Positions 34,723-45,211 of a stretch of 49,849 nucleotides of DNA are shown piece after piece (the first letter of the stretch is position 1; the number at the start of each line of letters is the position of its first letter). Position numbers and translations under genes: made by a program. Origin of the DNA: Anaerolineae bacterium (GTDB lineage Bacteria > Chloroflexota > Anaerolineae > S140-20); NCBI GenBank assembly GCA_027021705.1, contig JALUTT010000052.1, positions 1 to 49,849 of the forward strand. Reading direction: 5' to 3'. The notes under the pieces were generated by a model, which worked only from the letters and a program-made list of their open reading frames with translations, did no database searches and was not told the DNA's origin.

Positions 34723-35892
34723 CTACCGATCCTCGATGGGCACGTACTCCTCGTGGGCCGGCCCCACGTAGACGAAGCGGGGGCGGAAGATGCGGTTGTC
34801 CATCCGCTGCTCGTAGGCGTGGGCCACCCACCCGGCCACCCGCGAGGTGGCGAAGATGGGGGTGAAGAGCTCAGAGGTGATCCCCATCGAGGACATCACG
34901 ACGCCGGAGTAGAAGTCCACGTTGGGCCAGATCCCCTTGGGGCCCAGGGTCTCGATCATCACCCGCTCGATGGTGCTGGCGATCTCCAGCCAGCGCTCGG
35001 TGCCGGCCCTGCGGGTCACCTCCTCGGCGTACTGGCGCAGGATGACGGCCCGGGGGTCCATCGCCTTGTAGACCCGGTGGCCGAAGCCCATGATCTTCTG
35101 CTTGCGGGCCAGGGCCTTGCGCACCCAGGCCTCGGCGTTCTCCGGGTCGCCGATCTCCGCCAGCATCTGCATCACCCGCTGGTTGGCCCCGCCGTGCAGG
35201 GGCCCCTTCAGGGCGGCGATGCCGGCCACCACCGCCGAGTACATGTCGGCCAGGGTGGACTTGACGACGATGGTGGCGAAGGTCGAGGCGTTGGCCCCGT
35301 GATCGGCGTGCAGGATCAGGATGACGTCCATCACCTTCGCCAGGAAGGGGTCAGGCTCCTCGCCGAAGAGCATCCACAGGAAGTTGGCAGCGTGGGAGAG
35401 GTCGTGGCGGGGATGGATGGGCTCCAGCCCCTTCCGCGCCCGCCCGATGGCCGCCGTGATGGTGGCCACCTTGGAGACGATCTTGATCGCCTCCCGCTCG
35501 TGGGCCTCCGGCGTGTCCTCCTCCGCCTCCTCGTCGAAGCTGGAGAGGCAGGAGACGATGGACCGCAGGACGGCCATCGGGTTGGCATTGTAGGCGCCGG
35601 CCCGGCTGCATATCAGCCCGTAGAGCATCTCGGGGATCTCCCGATACTGGACCATCCGCGCTTTGAAAGTGCGCAGTTCCTCCTCGGTGGGCAGCCGGTC
35701 GTAGAAGAGCAGGTAGAAGACCTCCTCAAAGGTGGAGTGCTCGGCCAACTGCTCGATGGGAATGCCGTGGTAGTAAAGGCGACCATTCTGACCATCCACG
35801 TAGCTCTTGGTCGTCTCCCGAGCGATCACCCCTTCCAGCCCTTTGGCGAAGGGAACTTCACCGGGTTTGGCTACCAGCTTGACATCGGCCAT
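34723..35892 (-). CDS. gltA: Citrate synthase (type II / methylcitrate synthase family)
   Basis: GLEGVIA, HADHGANASTF, GPLHGGAN, MGFGHRVYK..DPR, PNVDFYSG; GAGGAGG RBS. Confidence 0.93.
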   Translation of the reverse strand: MADVKLVAKPGEVPFAKGLEGVIARETTKSYVDGQNGRLYYHGIPIEQLAEHSTFEEVFYLLFYDRLPTEEELRTFKARMVQYREIPEMLYGLICSRAGAYNANPMAVLRSIVSCLSSFDEEAEEDTPEAHEREAIKIVSKVATITAAIGRARKGLEPIHPRHDLSHAANFLWMLFGEEPDPFLAKVMDVILILHADHGANASTFATIVVKSTLADMYSAVVAGIAALKGPLHGGANQRVMQMLAEIGDPENAEAWVRKALARKQKIMGFGHRVYKAMDPRAVILRQYAEEVTRRAGTERWLEIASTIERVMIETLGPKGIWPNVDFYSGVVMSSMGITSELFTPIFATSRVAGWVAHAYEQRMDNRIFRPRFVYVGPAHEEYVPIEDR

Positions 35893-35957
35893 CGCGAACC
35901 TCCTCGGTCGGTGAGGCCCCGGTCTCCCGGACCGGGGCCGGGAAATAGAGCGGTCTA

Positions 35958-36653
35958 TCAAGGATGGCGATGCGCGTCGGCGTTCACCGTGACCGGCATC
36001 CCCACGGCTTCCTGCATCCGGGCCACCAGCATCCACTCCGGCGCAGCCCCTTCGAGGAAGTACTGCCCCGCCTCGTCAATCACCGTCCTGGGCACGCCGT
36101 AGACGTGGTAGCGGTCGGCCAGCTCGGGGAACTCCAGGGACTCCACCATATCGGCCCGCACCTTGGGACTGGCCACCGCCAGGTGGTGGGCCAGCACCAC
36201 CGCCCGGGGGCAGTAGGGACAGGTCGGCGTGACGAAGACCTGGAGGTGCAGGGGTTCGGGGAGCGCCTCCAGGAAGGCCATCGTCTCCGGCATCAGGTCC
36301 ACACGGCCCGCCGAGACGGTCAGGATGGCGTCCAGGAGCGAGCCGAACTCGTAGCCCGAGGGGATGCCGAAGAAGCGGACCCCATAGTCGGTGCCGTCGG
36401 CCCGCATCGGAACGATGGCGGGGGCCTTGTCCACCCCCAGAGCCATCGCTTCTTCCCGGTCCTGCGAGAGGTCATAGACCTCGACGGCGATCTTGTCGGA
36501 GAGCGCCGCGACCTCTTCCACCAGTTGGCGGGTCTCGGCGCAGTACTGGCACTGGAAGGGCTGGGTGAAGACAACAACACGCACCGGCTCCATCAGCCCT
36601 GTCAGCATCGTCCGCACCTCTTCTCGAATGGCGTCATCCAGCAAAGGCATCAT
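35958..36653 (-). CDS. Protein disulfide oxidoreductase (PDO / AhpF N-terminal-like, two thioredoxin folds)
   Basis: CQYC and FVTPTCPYCP; GIPSGYEFGSLL. Confidence 0.9.
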   Translation of the reverse strand: MMPLLDDAIREEVRTMLTGLMEPVRVVVFTQPFQCQYCAETRQLVEEVAALSDKIAVEVYDLSQDREEAMALGVDKAPAIVPMRADGTDYGVRFFGIPSGYEFGSLLDAILTVSAGRVDLMPETMAFLEALPEPLHLQVFVTPTCPYCPRAVVLAHHLAVASPKVRADMVESLEFPELADRYHVYGVPRTVIDEAGQYFLEGAAPEWMLVARMQEAVGMPVTVNADAHRHP

Positions 36654-36677
36654 TCCTCTCCTTGGGTAATTTGTTCA

Positions 36678-36772
36678 TCCTCCCGCAGGTTAGGCGCGTT
36701 TCCGAGGCGAAACCGTGCTTCCCATAGCCCATCGGGGCTGAAAGCACCCTCGACCGATGACCTGCGGGAGGG
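36678..36772. mobile_element. 95-bp TIR element (CCCTCCCGCAGG family), copy C
   Basis: Close reverse-complement copy of 40804..40898, including about 15 bp of flank (TAGGCTGAA.GATA). Confidence 0.8.
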
Positions 36773-36859
36773 TAGGCTGAATGGATACGAATGTCCAACG
36801 AACGGTGAACCACCATCCCTTAGATGCATCGGAGGGGAAAAGGTTGCACGGGAGGAACG

Positions 36860-36887
36860 TTGACATCCCCCCAGCAGGGGGTATAAT
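36860..36887 (+). promoter_or_regulatory. Consensus sigma70-type promoter
   Basis: TTGACA-N16-TATAAT upstream of 36964. Confidence 0.75.
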
Positions 36888-36963
36888 GCCCTCAGACGTT
36901 GGACCGGAGCACGGCGAGGCGACCTGCACGCCGTCCCCTCCCCATCCCTAGAGGTCGCGCCCT

Positions 36964-38694
36964 ATGGGTTTCCACGAGGATCCTATGCGCCCCCTGGGCG
37001 AGTGCCTGTTGGATACCGACCTGACCCACCTGCGGATCATCGCCCGACTCTGGGGTCTGGAGCTGAAGGCGGGCCGGCAGCGGGAGGCGGCCCTGGAGCT
37101 GGCCGAGAAGATGGTCGCGCCGGAGGTGGTGGCCGAGGTCTGGGAAGCGCTGCCGCCGGAGCAGAAGGCCGCCCTCCAGGCCCTGGTGGAGGCCGGCGGC
37201 TGGATGCCGACTCCGGTCTTCACCCGCCGCTTTGGCCAGGTCCGCATGGTTGGGCCGGGCCGGCTGGAGCGGGAACGGCTCTGGGAGGCCCCCCTGGGGC
37301 CGGCCGAAGCCCTCTGGTTTCGGGGGCTCCTCTTCAAGGGCTTCCGGCAGGGGGCGGAAGGCCCCCAGGAGGTCCTCTTCATCCCGCCGGAACTGCTGGC
37401 CCTCCTGCCCCACCCCCCGACCCCTCCTGCCCCCACCCTGGAGATCCGCCCCATCCCCGACCCACCCCACCGACGGCCCGCCGACGACGCCCTCCTGGAC
37501 GATCTGGTCGCCCTCCTGGCCTTCTTGGTCAGCGAAAGGGTGCGCCCACGGGCGGATGGGGGATGGCCGGAGAGAGCTTGGGAGGCGTTGCGCCCCCACC
37601 TGCGGGAGCCCGACGGGGAGCGGTTCGCCTTCCTCCTCGCCCTGCTGGAGGGGTTGGGGTGGACACGCCGGGTCGAGGGTCGGCTGGCCCTGCGCTCCCG
37701 GCCCGTCATCGCCTGGCTCCAGGCCCCCCCCGAAGCCCAGCGTCGGACGCTGGTAGAGGCCTGGCGCGGCCTGACCGGCTGGAACGAGCTCTGGCGGCTG
37801 CCCACCCTCCGGCCCGAGGAGACGGGCACCTGGCACAACGACCCCCGTCAGGCCCGGGAGGCCCTCTTCCGCCACCTGGCGGTCCTGGAGCCGGGGGCCT
37901 GGTATGCCATCGCCGACTTCATCGCGGCGGTGCGGGCGGTGGACCCCGACTTCCAGCGGCCCGGCGGCGATTACGAGACCTGGTACATCCGGGACGCACT
38001 GACGGGGGAGTACCTGAGCGGGTTCGAGAGCTGGGAGCGGGTGGAGGGGGCGCTGCTGCGGGCACTCATCGGTGGGCCGCTGCACTGGCTGGGGCTGGCC
38101 GACCTGGGGGCGCTGGATGCGGAGGCCCCGCCCTACGCCTTCCGGCTGACGGCGGCGGGGGCCGTCGCCGTGGGCCGGGGGCAACCCGAAGGGGAAGCGG
38201 CGGGCCGCGCCCCCCCTCCCCTCGTCGTCCGGCCCGATGGGACGGTGCGGGTGGCGGCCGCCCGTCGCCACGACCGCTTCCGGCTGGCCCGGGTGGCGGA
38301 CCTGGTGCGCAAGGGGCCGACCTACACCTACCGCCTCACAGCGGCCTCGCTGGAGCGGGCTCGGCGGCAGGCCATCACCATCCCTCAGATCATCGCCTTC
38401 CTGGAAGAGGCGAGCGGACAGCCCCTGCCCAAGCCGCTGGCCCAGGCCCTGGACCGCTGGGCCACCCGGGGGGTCGAGGTGGAGGGGGAGCCGGTGGTGC
38501 TCCTGCGGGTGCGCACGCCCGGCCTCCTGCGCCGGATCGCCGAATCCCCCCGCGTCGGGCGCTACCTACTGCGGGTCCTGAACCCCCAAGAGGCCCTCGT
38601 TCGGCAGGCCGACTGGCCCCGCCTGGAGGCCGCCCTGGCCGAGATGGGGCTGCTGGCCGGGGTGCAGAGTCCGGCGGGCGGCGGGGGGGAGTAG
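36964..38694 (+). CDS. Helicase-associated domain protein (XPB/Ssl2 N-terminal-like, Helicase_C_3)
   Basis: C-terminal LVVRPDGTV...YTYRLTAASLERARRQAI...IIAFLEEASGQPLP; no Walker motifs. Confidence 0.8.
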   Translation: MGFHEDPMRPLGECLLDTDLTHLRIIARLWGLELKAGRQREAALELAEKMVAPEVVAEVWEALPPEQKAALQALVEAGGWMPTPVFTRRFGQVRMVGPGRLERERLWEAPLGPAEALWFRGLLFKGFRQGAEGPQEVLFIPPELLALLPHPPTPPAPTLEIRPIPDPPHRRPADDALLDDLVALLAFLVSERVRPRADGGWPERAWEALRPHLREPDGERFAFLLALLEGLGWTRRVEGRLALRSRPVIAWLQAPPEAQRRTLVEAWRGLTGWNELWRLPTLRPEETGTWHNDPRQAREALFRHLAVLEPGAWYAIADFIAAVRAVDPDFQRPGGDYETWYIRDALTGEYLSGFESWERVEGALLRALIGGPLHWLGLADLGALDAEAPPYAFRLTAAGAVAVGRGQPEGEAAGRAPPPLVVRPDGTVRVAAARRHDRFRLARVADLVRKGPTYTYRLTAASLERARRQAITIPQIIAFLEEASGQPLPKPLAQALDRWATRGVEVEGEPVVLLRVRTPGLLRRIAESPRVGRYLLRVLNPQEALVRQADWPRLEAALAEMGLLAGVQSPAGGGGE

Positions 38695-38745
38695 CGGCGA
38701 GGGCCGAGGGCCGGGGGCCGAGGACCGAAGGCTAAGGGCGGCGGA

Positions 38746-39105
38746 CTAACAGGTCAAGTGCAACGCAGCGACCACCTTCTGCTGCCCCCGCAGCCGGTTG
38801 TAGCTCCGGCAGGCGGCGTCGGTGGGCTGGGCGATGAGGCGGATGCCGGCCTCCTGCAAGCGGCGGCGCGTCTCCGCCGGAACCTCCATCCGCCCGTACT
38901 TCCCCTGCCCGACAACGAGGACCTCCGGCGGATCGCGCAGCACCTCCTCCAGGTCCTCGGGGGCCAGGGAGTGGCCCTCAACCCGCCACCAAGGATGGAA
39001 GACCCGGTCGGGGAAGACGATGACATCCCGCCGGTAGGTCCGACCGTCTATCACGATCTCGCCGAAGGCGTAGCGTTCGATGGTGGGCGCGGTCATCTTG
39101 TCCAC
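38746..39105 (-). CDS. Mth938-like domain protein (DUF498)
   Basis: YAFGEIVIDG, EVLVVGQG.YG.M, TDAACRSYN, AALHLTC. Confidence 0.88.
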   Translation of the reverse strand: MDKMTAPTIERYAFGEIVIDGRTYRRDVIVFPDRVFHPWWRVEGHSLAPEDLEEVLRDPPEVLVVGQGKYGRMEVPAETRRRLQEAGIRLIAQPTDAACRSYNRLRGQQKVVAALHLTC

Positions 39106-39112
39106 TTTTCCT

Positions 39113-39166
39113 CTGTCAACGAATGTTCAACGAATAAACGAATGGGCCGCAGCCGCTCGTTGACAG
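39113..39166. repeat. Solo hairpin related to the 921..2325 array unit
   Basis: CTGTCAACGA ... TCGTTGACAG stem enclosing repeated AACGAAT. Confidence 0.6.
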
Positions 39167-39220
39167 GGCTCGGCATTGCGAAAAGCCCTGGCCCCAACCG
39201 CCCGCCCCTGACGACCGCCG

Positions 39221-40726
39221 TCAGGGGGTCGGGGTGGGAGAGGGCTCCTGGGGAGGAGAGCCGTCGGGCGGCACGGTGGGCCGGGGCGTGCGCGTCGGCG
39301 TCGGAGTCGGTGTGAAGGTGGATGTCGGCGTGAAGGTGGGCGATGGCGTTAGCGTCGCCGTGGGCCGAGGCGGCGGCGGCGGCGGTGGGGTCGGCGTGAA
39401 GGTCGCTGTGGGCGTGGGCGTCGCCGTCGGCGGCACGATGATCACGGGCCTCTGGGTCGGCGTCGGCGTCCGGGTGGGCAGGGCGATGAGCGTTGTCACG
39501 ATGACCTCTTCAATGGGCCTGGTGGGCGAGGCCACCAGCCCCCCTGGCCGCAGGGGCCGAGGCGTGCGCGTGGGCGTGGGGGAGGGCGACGGTGTGGACG
39601 ACGGGGTTGGCGAAGGGGACGGCGAGGGAAGCGTCGCCGTCGGGGAGCCAGCGGTGGTTGGTGATGGGGTGGGGGTAGGTGTGGCCGTCACCGTCGTGAC
39701 GGCGGCCTGCCCCAACTGCTGGAGCCCCCCCGTCAGCAGGACGATCAAGGCCAGGATGAGGAAGCTGGTCAGGCCGATGGCCGTCCCGGTGTAGGCGATG
39801 CGACGGCGGGAGGGTCGGGTCTTGGCCAGCAACACGGTGGTCAGCCCCTCCCGGCTCTCGGCGGGGATGACCAGCGGCGCGGAATCGTGCTCCGGCTTCA
39901 GCGGGCCGAAGAGGGCCTCGTACATCTCCTGGGCGCTCTGGAAGCGGAAGTCGGGCTGGAGGGCCATCGCCCGCATCACCGCCGCTTCCGTCGCCGGACT
40001 GATGTCGTCGCGGACGGCCCGGATGGGCACCAGGCTCTCCGGGTTCACGATCCGCTGGGTGGCCGTGGGAGGAGGTTCTCCCGTCAGGGCGTGGTAGAGG
40101 GTGGCCCCCAGCGCGTAGATGTCGGAGCGAACGTCGGTGGTGCCGGTCTTGGCGTCGTACTGCTCCGGCGGGGCGTACTCGGGTGTCCCCAGCCCCCGCA
40201 TCACCGTCCGGGTGTGGGGATCGTTGGGGTCCAGCAGCTTGACCAGCCCGAAGTCCACCAGCATCGCCTGGCCCTCGGGCGTGATGATCACGTTGGGCGG
40301 CTTGATGTCCCGGTGGATCACCCCCCGCTTGTGACAGTGGATGAGGGCTTCCAGCAACTGCTGGGCCCAATCCAGGACCTGGGCCTCGGAGAGTCGGCCC
40401 TCCTGGGCGATCACTTCGTCCAGGCGACGCCCCTCGACGAAGTCCATCACCAAGTAGGCGTTCCCCCCCTCCTCGAAGTGGTCGGTGACCCGGGGCAGGT
40501 TGGGATGGCGCAGGCTGGCCAGCACCTGGGCCTCCTGCCGGAACTGCTCCCGGAGCTGGGGCAGCCGGGCAGGGTCCAGGCGGGGGTCGGGGATCATCTC
40601 TTTGAGGGCACAGGGGACGTTGAGTTTGAGGTCGAAGGCCCGATAGATGGCTCCCATCCCCCCCTGGCTCAGGAGCGCGTCCACCCGGTATCGGTCGTGA
40701 ATGATCTGTCCCGGAGTCAGGGGCAT
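39221..40726 (-). CDS. Hanks-type Ser/Thr protein kinase with TM helix and PT-rich C-terminal tail
   Basis: [41 protein letters not shown]. Confidence 0.95.
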   Translation of the reverse strand: MPLTPGQIIHDRYRVDALLSQGGMGAIYRAFDLKLNVPCALKEMIPDPRLDPARLPQLREQFRQEAQVLASLRHPNLPRVTDHFEEGGNAYLVMDFVEGRRLDEVIAQEGRLSEAQVLDWAQQLLEALIHCHKRGVIHRDIKPPNVIITPEGQAMLVDFGLVKLLDPNDPHTRTVMRGLGTPEYAPPEQYDAKTGTTDVRSDIYALGATLYHALTGEPPPTATQRIVNPESLVPIRAVRDDISPATEAAVMRAMALQPDFRFQSAQEMYEALFGPLKPEHDSAPLVIPAESREGLTTVLLAKTRPSRRRIAYTGTAIGLTSFLILALIVLLTGGLQQLGQAAVTTVTATPTPTPSPTTAGSPTATLPSPSPSPTPSSTPSPSPTPTRTPRPLRPGGLVASPTRPIEEVIVTTLIALPTRTPTPTQRPVIIVPPTATPTPTATFTPTPPPPPPPRPTATLTPSPTFTPTSTFTPTPTPTRTPRPTVPPDGSPPQEPSPTPTP

Positions 40727-40803
40727 CGCAATCCGCTATCCGCTACCCACATCGCCGCCCACACAGGCCCGTCCGCTATCGCGATCTGTATCTGTTCAGC
40801 CTA

Positions 40804-40898
40804 CCCTCCCGCAGGTCACCGGTCGAGGGCCCTTTCGGCCCCGATGGGCTATTGGAAGCACGGTTTCGCGTCGGAAACGCGCCTAACCTGCGGGAGGG
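40804..40898. mobile_element. 95-bp TIR element (CCCTCCCGCAGG family), copy D
   Basis: CCCTCCCGCAGGT ... ACCTGCGGGAGGG; inverted copy of 36678..36772. Confidence 0.8.
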
Positions 40899-40916
40899 TG
40901 AACCGTTACCGCGATT

Positions 40917-41219
40917 TTACCATGTGATGCGGAAATCCGCGAATTCCCCCCGATAGGGCTCGTACTGGACCTCCACTCGATCCACCCGGGCCGAGGGGGA
41001 GCCGACGTGACACCACTCCACCATCCGACGCACCGCCTCCTCGTCCCCCTCGAAGAGGGCCTCAACCCGACCGTCCCACAGGTTGCGCACCCAGCCGGTG
41101 ACGCCCAGCCGGCGGGCCTGGCGGCGGGTGTAGTCCCGAAAGTAGACCCCTTGCACGCGCCCGGAGATGAAGACGTGGGCCCGAACCTTCTTCTTTCCCT
41201 CGTCCATCGCGTGCCTCAC
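40917..41219 (-). CDS. acyP: Acylphosphatase
   Basis: ISGRVQGVYFR, GWVRNLWDGRVE. Confidence 0.93.
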   Translation of the reverse strand: MRHAMDEGKKKVRAHVFISGRVQGVYFRDYTRRQARRLGVTGWVRNLWDGRVEALFEGDEEAVRRMVEWCHVGSPSARVDRVEVQYEPYRGEFADFRITW

Positions 41220-42421
41220 TCAAGCTCTCTGCCCTCCAACTGCTTCAGGACGTACTGCTGGATCGCCTGGGGGGTGGGCAACTCCCGCACGATGACGCCA
41301 TCCCGCACCAGCGGCTTGAGCAGCGGTTCCATCCAGGCCCCGCAGGTGCAGCGGACCCGCTCCGAGGGCTCGGAGGCCCGCTCGTGGGCCGGCCAGTGGC
41401 GGACCTGGGAGGCCCCGCAGTCGGGGCAGCGCCAAAGCTGCTTGCCCCCCGACATCTTGCCCCGCTTGGCCATCGGCTCCCCTTCGATCTCCACGATGTC
41501 GAAGGCGAAGTCCACCGTCGGGGCGTTGGAGATGGCGGTGCCCACCCCGTAGCCGTCGGCGACCGGGTTGAGCCGCAGGATCGTCTCCTCGTCAATGCCG
41601 CCGCTGACGAAGAGGCGGACGTTGTAGTACCCCCGCAGGTCCAACTCCCAGCGCACCTCCTGGAGGATGCGCAGGAAGTCCCCCCGGCGAGAGCTGGGGG
41701 TATCCAGCCGGACGCCGAAGAGGGCCTCCCCCAGCGCCTCGGCCACCCGCACCGCCTCGAACTTCTCGTCGTGGAAGGTGTCAATGAGGGCGATCCGCTT
41801 CACAGAGGGCGCGACCACCTCGTGAAAAGCCTTGACCGCCTCGACGGTGTCCCCCATCACCAGGACGAGGGCGTGGGGCATCGTGCCCGTCGCCTCGACG
41901 CCCACCAACTCGGCGGCGGCGATGGAGGAGACGCCGTTGCAGCCGCCGATGTAGGCGGCCCGCTCGATCATCGGGGCGATGGCCGGGTGCATCCGCCGGG
42001 CTCCGAAGCTGAGGACGATCCGGTCGCCGGCGGCGACCCGGGCTCGGGCGGCTGCCGTCGCCACCCCCGTTGCCTGGCAGAGGAAGCCGAGGAAGGCGGT
42101 CTCGTAGAGGCCGAAGGCGGTGTAGGGGCCCTCCACCAGCATCACCGGGTCGTAGGCGGAGAAGAGGGTCCCCTCCTCCAGCGTCCAGACGGTCACGCCC
42201 CGCATCCCCTCGAAGAGGCGGGCGACCTCTTCGACGCCGGCCAGCACCGCCCAGGGCCAGTTCCGGGGGAGGGATTTGGCCCGCACCTCCGCCGCAACCT
42301 CCCGGTCCACGCCTCGGGCGGCCAGGATCTCCATCGTGCGCTGGAAGTAGACGTCGGTCACCTTGCCCGCTTTGATCTCCGCGTCCGTCGCGGTATGGAA
42401 GAGCCGTTTTTCCTGGTTCAT
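41216..42421 (-). CDS. pncB: Nicotinate phosphoribosyltransferase (archaeal-like, C-terminal Cys cluster)
   Basis: TDVYF, SFGARRMHP, GTMPHA, LIDTF, GVRLDTPSSRRG, SGG, GVGT. Confidence 0.9.
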   Translation of the reverse strand: MNQEKRLFHTATDAEIKAGKVTDVYFQRTMEILAARGVDREVAAEVRAKSLPRNWPWAVLAGVEEVARLFEGMRGVTVWTLEEGTLFSAYDPVMLVEGPYTAFGLYETAFLGFLCQATGVATAAARARVAAGDRIVLSFGARRMHPAIAPMIERAAYIGGCNGVSSIAAAELVGVEATGTMPHALVLVMGDTVEAVKAFHEVVAPSVKRIALIDTFHDEKFEAVRVAEALGEALFGVRLDTPSSRRGDFLRILQEVRWELDLRGYYNVRLFVSGGIDEETILRLNPVADGYGVGTAISNAPTVDFAFDIVEIEGEPMAKRGKMSGGKQLWRCPDCGASQVRHWPAHERASEPSERVRCTCGAWMEPLLKPLVRDGVIVRELPTPQAIQQYVLKQLEGRELE

Positions 42422-42918
42422 GCTTCACCCTCCCGTCGGAAGAAGCCCATCACCTGACTCAACCCCAGGACGGCCAGCGCCCCCAGGAGGAGCGCGCCAC
42501 CGAAGCCGATCCTGACCCGGACCGCCAGGGCGGCGCCGGCCAGGAGGAGGCCCAGGGCCTCCACGAGCAGCAACCGCTGCAGGTGGCGGCGCTCCAGCCT
42601 CTCTCGGTCCCCCATCGGGTCCCCGTCGCCCAGCCGGCGGGCAAAAGCGTCCAGGTCCCAGGCGGCGAGGGCCGCGCCGGTGCCGAGGAGCGCCCAGCCG
42701 GGGGCGACCCCCCGCCCGAGGCCGAAGGCCGCCGCCCCCACCAGGGCGATCAGTCCGCCCGAGGCGGTCCAGCCCCAGCCCCGCCGCCGCCCCACCAGCC
42801 AGAGCCCTCCCACGACGATGACGGCGAGGCCCCAAAGCTCCCCGCCGCTCAGGGCGTAGCCGAGGGCCAGCGGGCCGGCCGCCAACAGGATGCTGAGGTC
42901 GAGAGCCTTCGTCACCAT
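42418..42918 (-). CDS. Membrane hypothetical protein of the MoxR/DUF58 module
   Basis: Multiple TM segments; AAWDL...LG motif; translationally coupled to pncB. Confidence 0.75.
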   Translation of the reverse strand: MVTKALDLSILLAAGPLALGYALSGGELWGLAVIVVGGLWLVGRRRGWGWTASGGLIALVGAAAFGLGRGVAPGWALLGTGAALAAWDLDAFARRLGDGDPMGDRERLERRHLQRLLLVEALGLLLAGAALAVRVRIGFGGALLLGALAVLGLSQVMGFFRREGEA

Positions 42919-42922
42919 CGCG

Positions 42923-44236
42923 TCACCTCAGGGTGGCGGGCGCCCGCCCCACGATCTGAGGCCCCCCGCGCACCCAGAGGGAGCGCCGGCTCAGGGTGGC
43001 GTGGACGGTCCGATCGAAGGGCTGGTCCACCGGCCAGTCCAGCACGCCGATGCCTGCCTGGCGCAACTGGCGGAAGAGGAGCGCCCGTTCCAGCCGGGCG
43101 ATCCGGGTGGCCAGCCGGACCTCCGGCCGATCGGCCATCGCCCCCACCTCGAAGGCGATGGGGTCGGGGCTGACCACCAGCAGGGAGTAGCCCCGCGCCC
43201 GAAGCTGGATGAGGGTCGGCAGGTCTTCCTGGGCCAGCGGACTGACCAGGACGAGCTGGGAGTGGGGCGGGAAGAGGCGGGTGGGAAGGTACTCCAGCTT
43301 CTCGAAGACCAGGCTCTCCCCCATCTCGGCGCGAGCCAGGGCCTGGAAGATCCGCTCCCGCTGGACCTTGCCGTAGCCGGGGAAGGTCCAGTCCACGAAC
43401 CGTCCGTAGAGGAGCAGCCCCACCCGGTTGCCGTCGTTCAGGAAGGCTTCGGCCAGGGCCGTCGCCGCCTGGATGGCGTACTCGAAGAGGGACTCCTCGC
43501 CCCGTCGGACGTAGCGCCGCCGGCGGGCATCCAGGATCACTCCCACGTCGGCGATCCGCTCCTGGCGGAACTCGTTGGTGAAGAGGGCCCGGGGGTGGCG
43601 GGCTCCCGCCTTCCAGTTGATCCAGCGCAGGGGATCACCGGGCTGGTAGCTCCGCACGCTGAAGAACTCCACGCCAGGGCCGCCCCGACGGGCGGGGATG
43701 AATCCGGCGTAGACCCGCGTCCGCCAGGGCCGGATGGGAACCTGCCGCAGCTTGAGCGGGGTCGGCAGGACGAGGAGCCGACCGGGGGCCGGCAGGAGGG
43801 TCCGCCGTTGGAAGAGGCCCAGGTGGTCGCTGGCCCCCACCTGGAGACCGGGGAAGAGGTAGTAGCCGCGCGGCCCTGCCACCGTGTAGCGCAGCTCGCA
43901 GGTAGCCCCGGCGGGGAGGGAGGTGAGGCGCTGCGGCTCCCCCTCGACCACTCGGAGGGGCGGTGGGACCAGGTCCTCCAGCAGGAGTTGCTCTAGGGGC
44001 TCCCCTTCGTTGGTGATGGTGAGGGTGACGGTGACGGGGGCCTCCGGCGTGGTCCGGTCGGTGCTCAGGTGGCGGGCGATCGCCAGCCGCAGCGGCGCCG
44101 GCCCGTACAGGAGCCCCGCGCTCAAGTAGAGCAGGAGCGGGATGGCCAGGGCCAGCAGTTCCCCCCGCAGGGTGATCAACCCCATCAGGAGCAGCCCGTA
44201 GATCAGGCCGCCCAGCAGCAAGGCTCTCCTCTGCAT
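42923..44236 (-). CDS. DUF58 domain protein (vWA-like MoxR partner)
   Basis: GVEFFSVRSYQPGDPLRWINWKAGAR, VILDAR, NRVGLLLY; ATG at 44236. Confidence 0.9.
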   Translation of the reverse strand: MQRRALLLGGLIYGLLLMGLITLRGELLALAIPLLLYLSAGLLYGPAPLRLAIARHLSTDRTTPEAPVTVTLTITNEGEPLEQLLLEDLVPPPLRVVEGEPQRLTSLPAGATCELRYTVAGPRGYYLFPGLQVGASDHLGLFQRRTLLPAPGRLLVLPTPLKLRQVPIRPWRTRVYAGFIPARRGGPGVEFFSVRSYQPGDPLRWINWKAGARHPRALFTNEFRQERIADVGVILDARRRRYVRRGEESLFEYAIQAATALAEAFLNDGNRVGLLLYGRFVDWTFPGYGKVQRERIFQALARAEMGESLVFEKLEYLPTRLFPPHSQLVLVSPLAQEDLPTLIQLRARGYSLLVVSPDPIAFEVGAMADRPEVRLATRIARLERALLFRQLRQAGIGVLDWPVDQPFDRTVHATLSRRSLWVRGGPQIVGRAPATLR

Positions 44237-44247
44237 CGTGCAAATCC

Positions 44248-45210
44248 TCAGGCCCCGTTGACAACGGGGACGGCGACGGAGCGGACGATGTCGGCGATGA
44301 CATCCTCGGCGGCGTGCTGGTTCATCCAGAGGTCGGGTTGCAGGATCAGCCGGTGGGCGAGGGCCGGCGTGGCAAAGCGCTTCACATCGTCGGGAAGCAC
44401 GTAGTCCCGACCGTCCAGGACGGCCCAAGCCCGGGCCAGCTTGAGGAGGGCGAGAGAGCCCCGGGGGCTGGCCCCCACGACCACCCGCCGATCCCGGCGC
44501 GTCTCGCCCACCAGGTCCACGATGTAGCGTTCGATGTCGGGGTCCAGGTAGACCCCCTCGACGGCCTGCCGCATCGCCAACAGCGTCTCGGCGTCGGTCA
44601 CCTGCTCCAGCTCGATCTCATCCTGCTGCCAGCGCTGGCGGCGGCGCAGGATCTCCTGCTCCTCCTCCGGCTGGGGATAGCCCACCGAGAGCTTCAGGAG
44701 GAAGCGGTCGAGCTGGGCTTCCGGCAACGGGAAGGTCCCTTCGTACTCGATGGGATTCTGGGTGGCGAGGACGACGAAGGGCTCCGGCAGCCGCATTGTC
44801 TCCCCCTCCAGCGTCACCTGGCGCTCCTGCATCGCCTCCAGGAGGGCAGACTGGGTGCGGGGCGAGGCCCGGTTGATCTCGTCGGCCAGGACGATGTGGG
44901 CGAAGAGGGGCCCCCGGCGCAGGACGAAGCGGTCCTGCGAGCGGTCGTAGACGTAGCCGCCGGTGATGTCGCCGGGGAGCAGGTCGGGGGTGAACTGGAT
45001 ACGCTTGAAGGTGAGGCCGAGGACGGTGGCCAGGCTCTTGGCGATGAGGGTCTTGCCCAGCCCCGGGTAGTCCTCCAGCAGCACGTGGCCGCCGGCCAGG
45101 ATGGCGGCCAGGATCATCTCCAGCAGCGTCCGTTTGCCCACGATGGCCCGCTCGACTTCCCCGATCACCCGGTTGGCGAGGGCAGAGACATCGGCAACTT
45201 CGAGGATCAC
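44248..45210 (-). CDS. MoxR-family AAA+ ATPase
   Basis: HVLLEDYPGLGKT, RIQFTPDLLPGD, LADEINRASPRTQSALLEAM, ATQNPIEYEGTFPLPEAQLDRF. Confidence 0.96.
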   Translation of the reverse strand: MILEVADVSALANRVIGEVERAIVGKRTLLEMILAAILAGGHVLLEDYPGLGKTLIAKSLATVLGLTFKRIQFTPDLLPGDITGGYVYDRSQDRFVLRRGPLFAHIVLADEINRASPRTQSALLEAMQERQVTLEGETMRLPEPFVVLATQNPIEYEGTFPLPEAQLDRFLLKLSVGYPQPEEEQEILRRRQRWQQDEIELEQVTDAETLLAMRQAVEGVYLDPDIERYIVDLVGETRRDRRVVVGASPRGSLALLKLARAWAVLDGRDYVLPDDVKRFATPALAHRLILQPDLWMNQHAAEDVIADIVRSVAVPVVNGA

Positions 45211-45211
45211 G

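Noticed and set aside
39221..39700. ACGCCG-type repeats in the kinase and PBP C-termini as DNA repeat elements
   Set aside because: They simply encode Pro/Thr-rich linkers.
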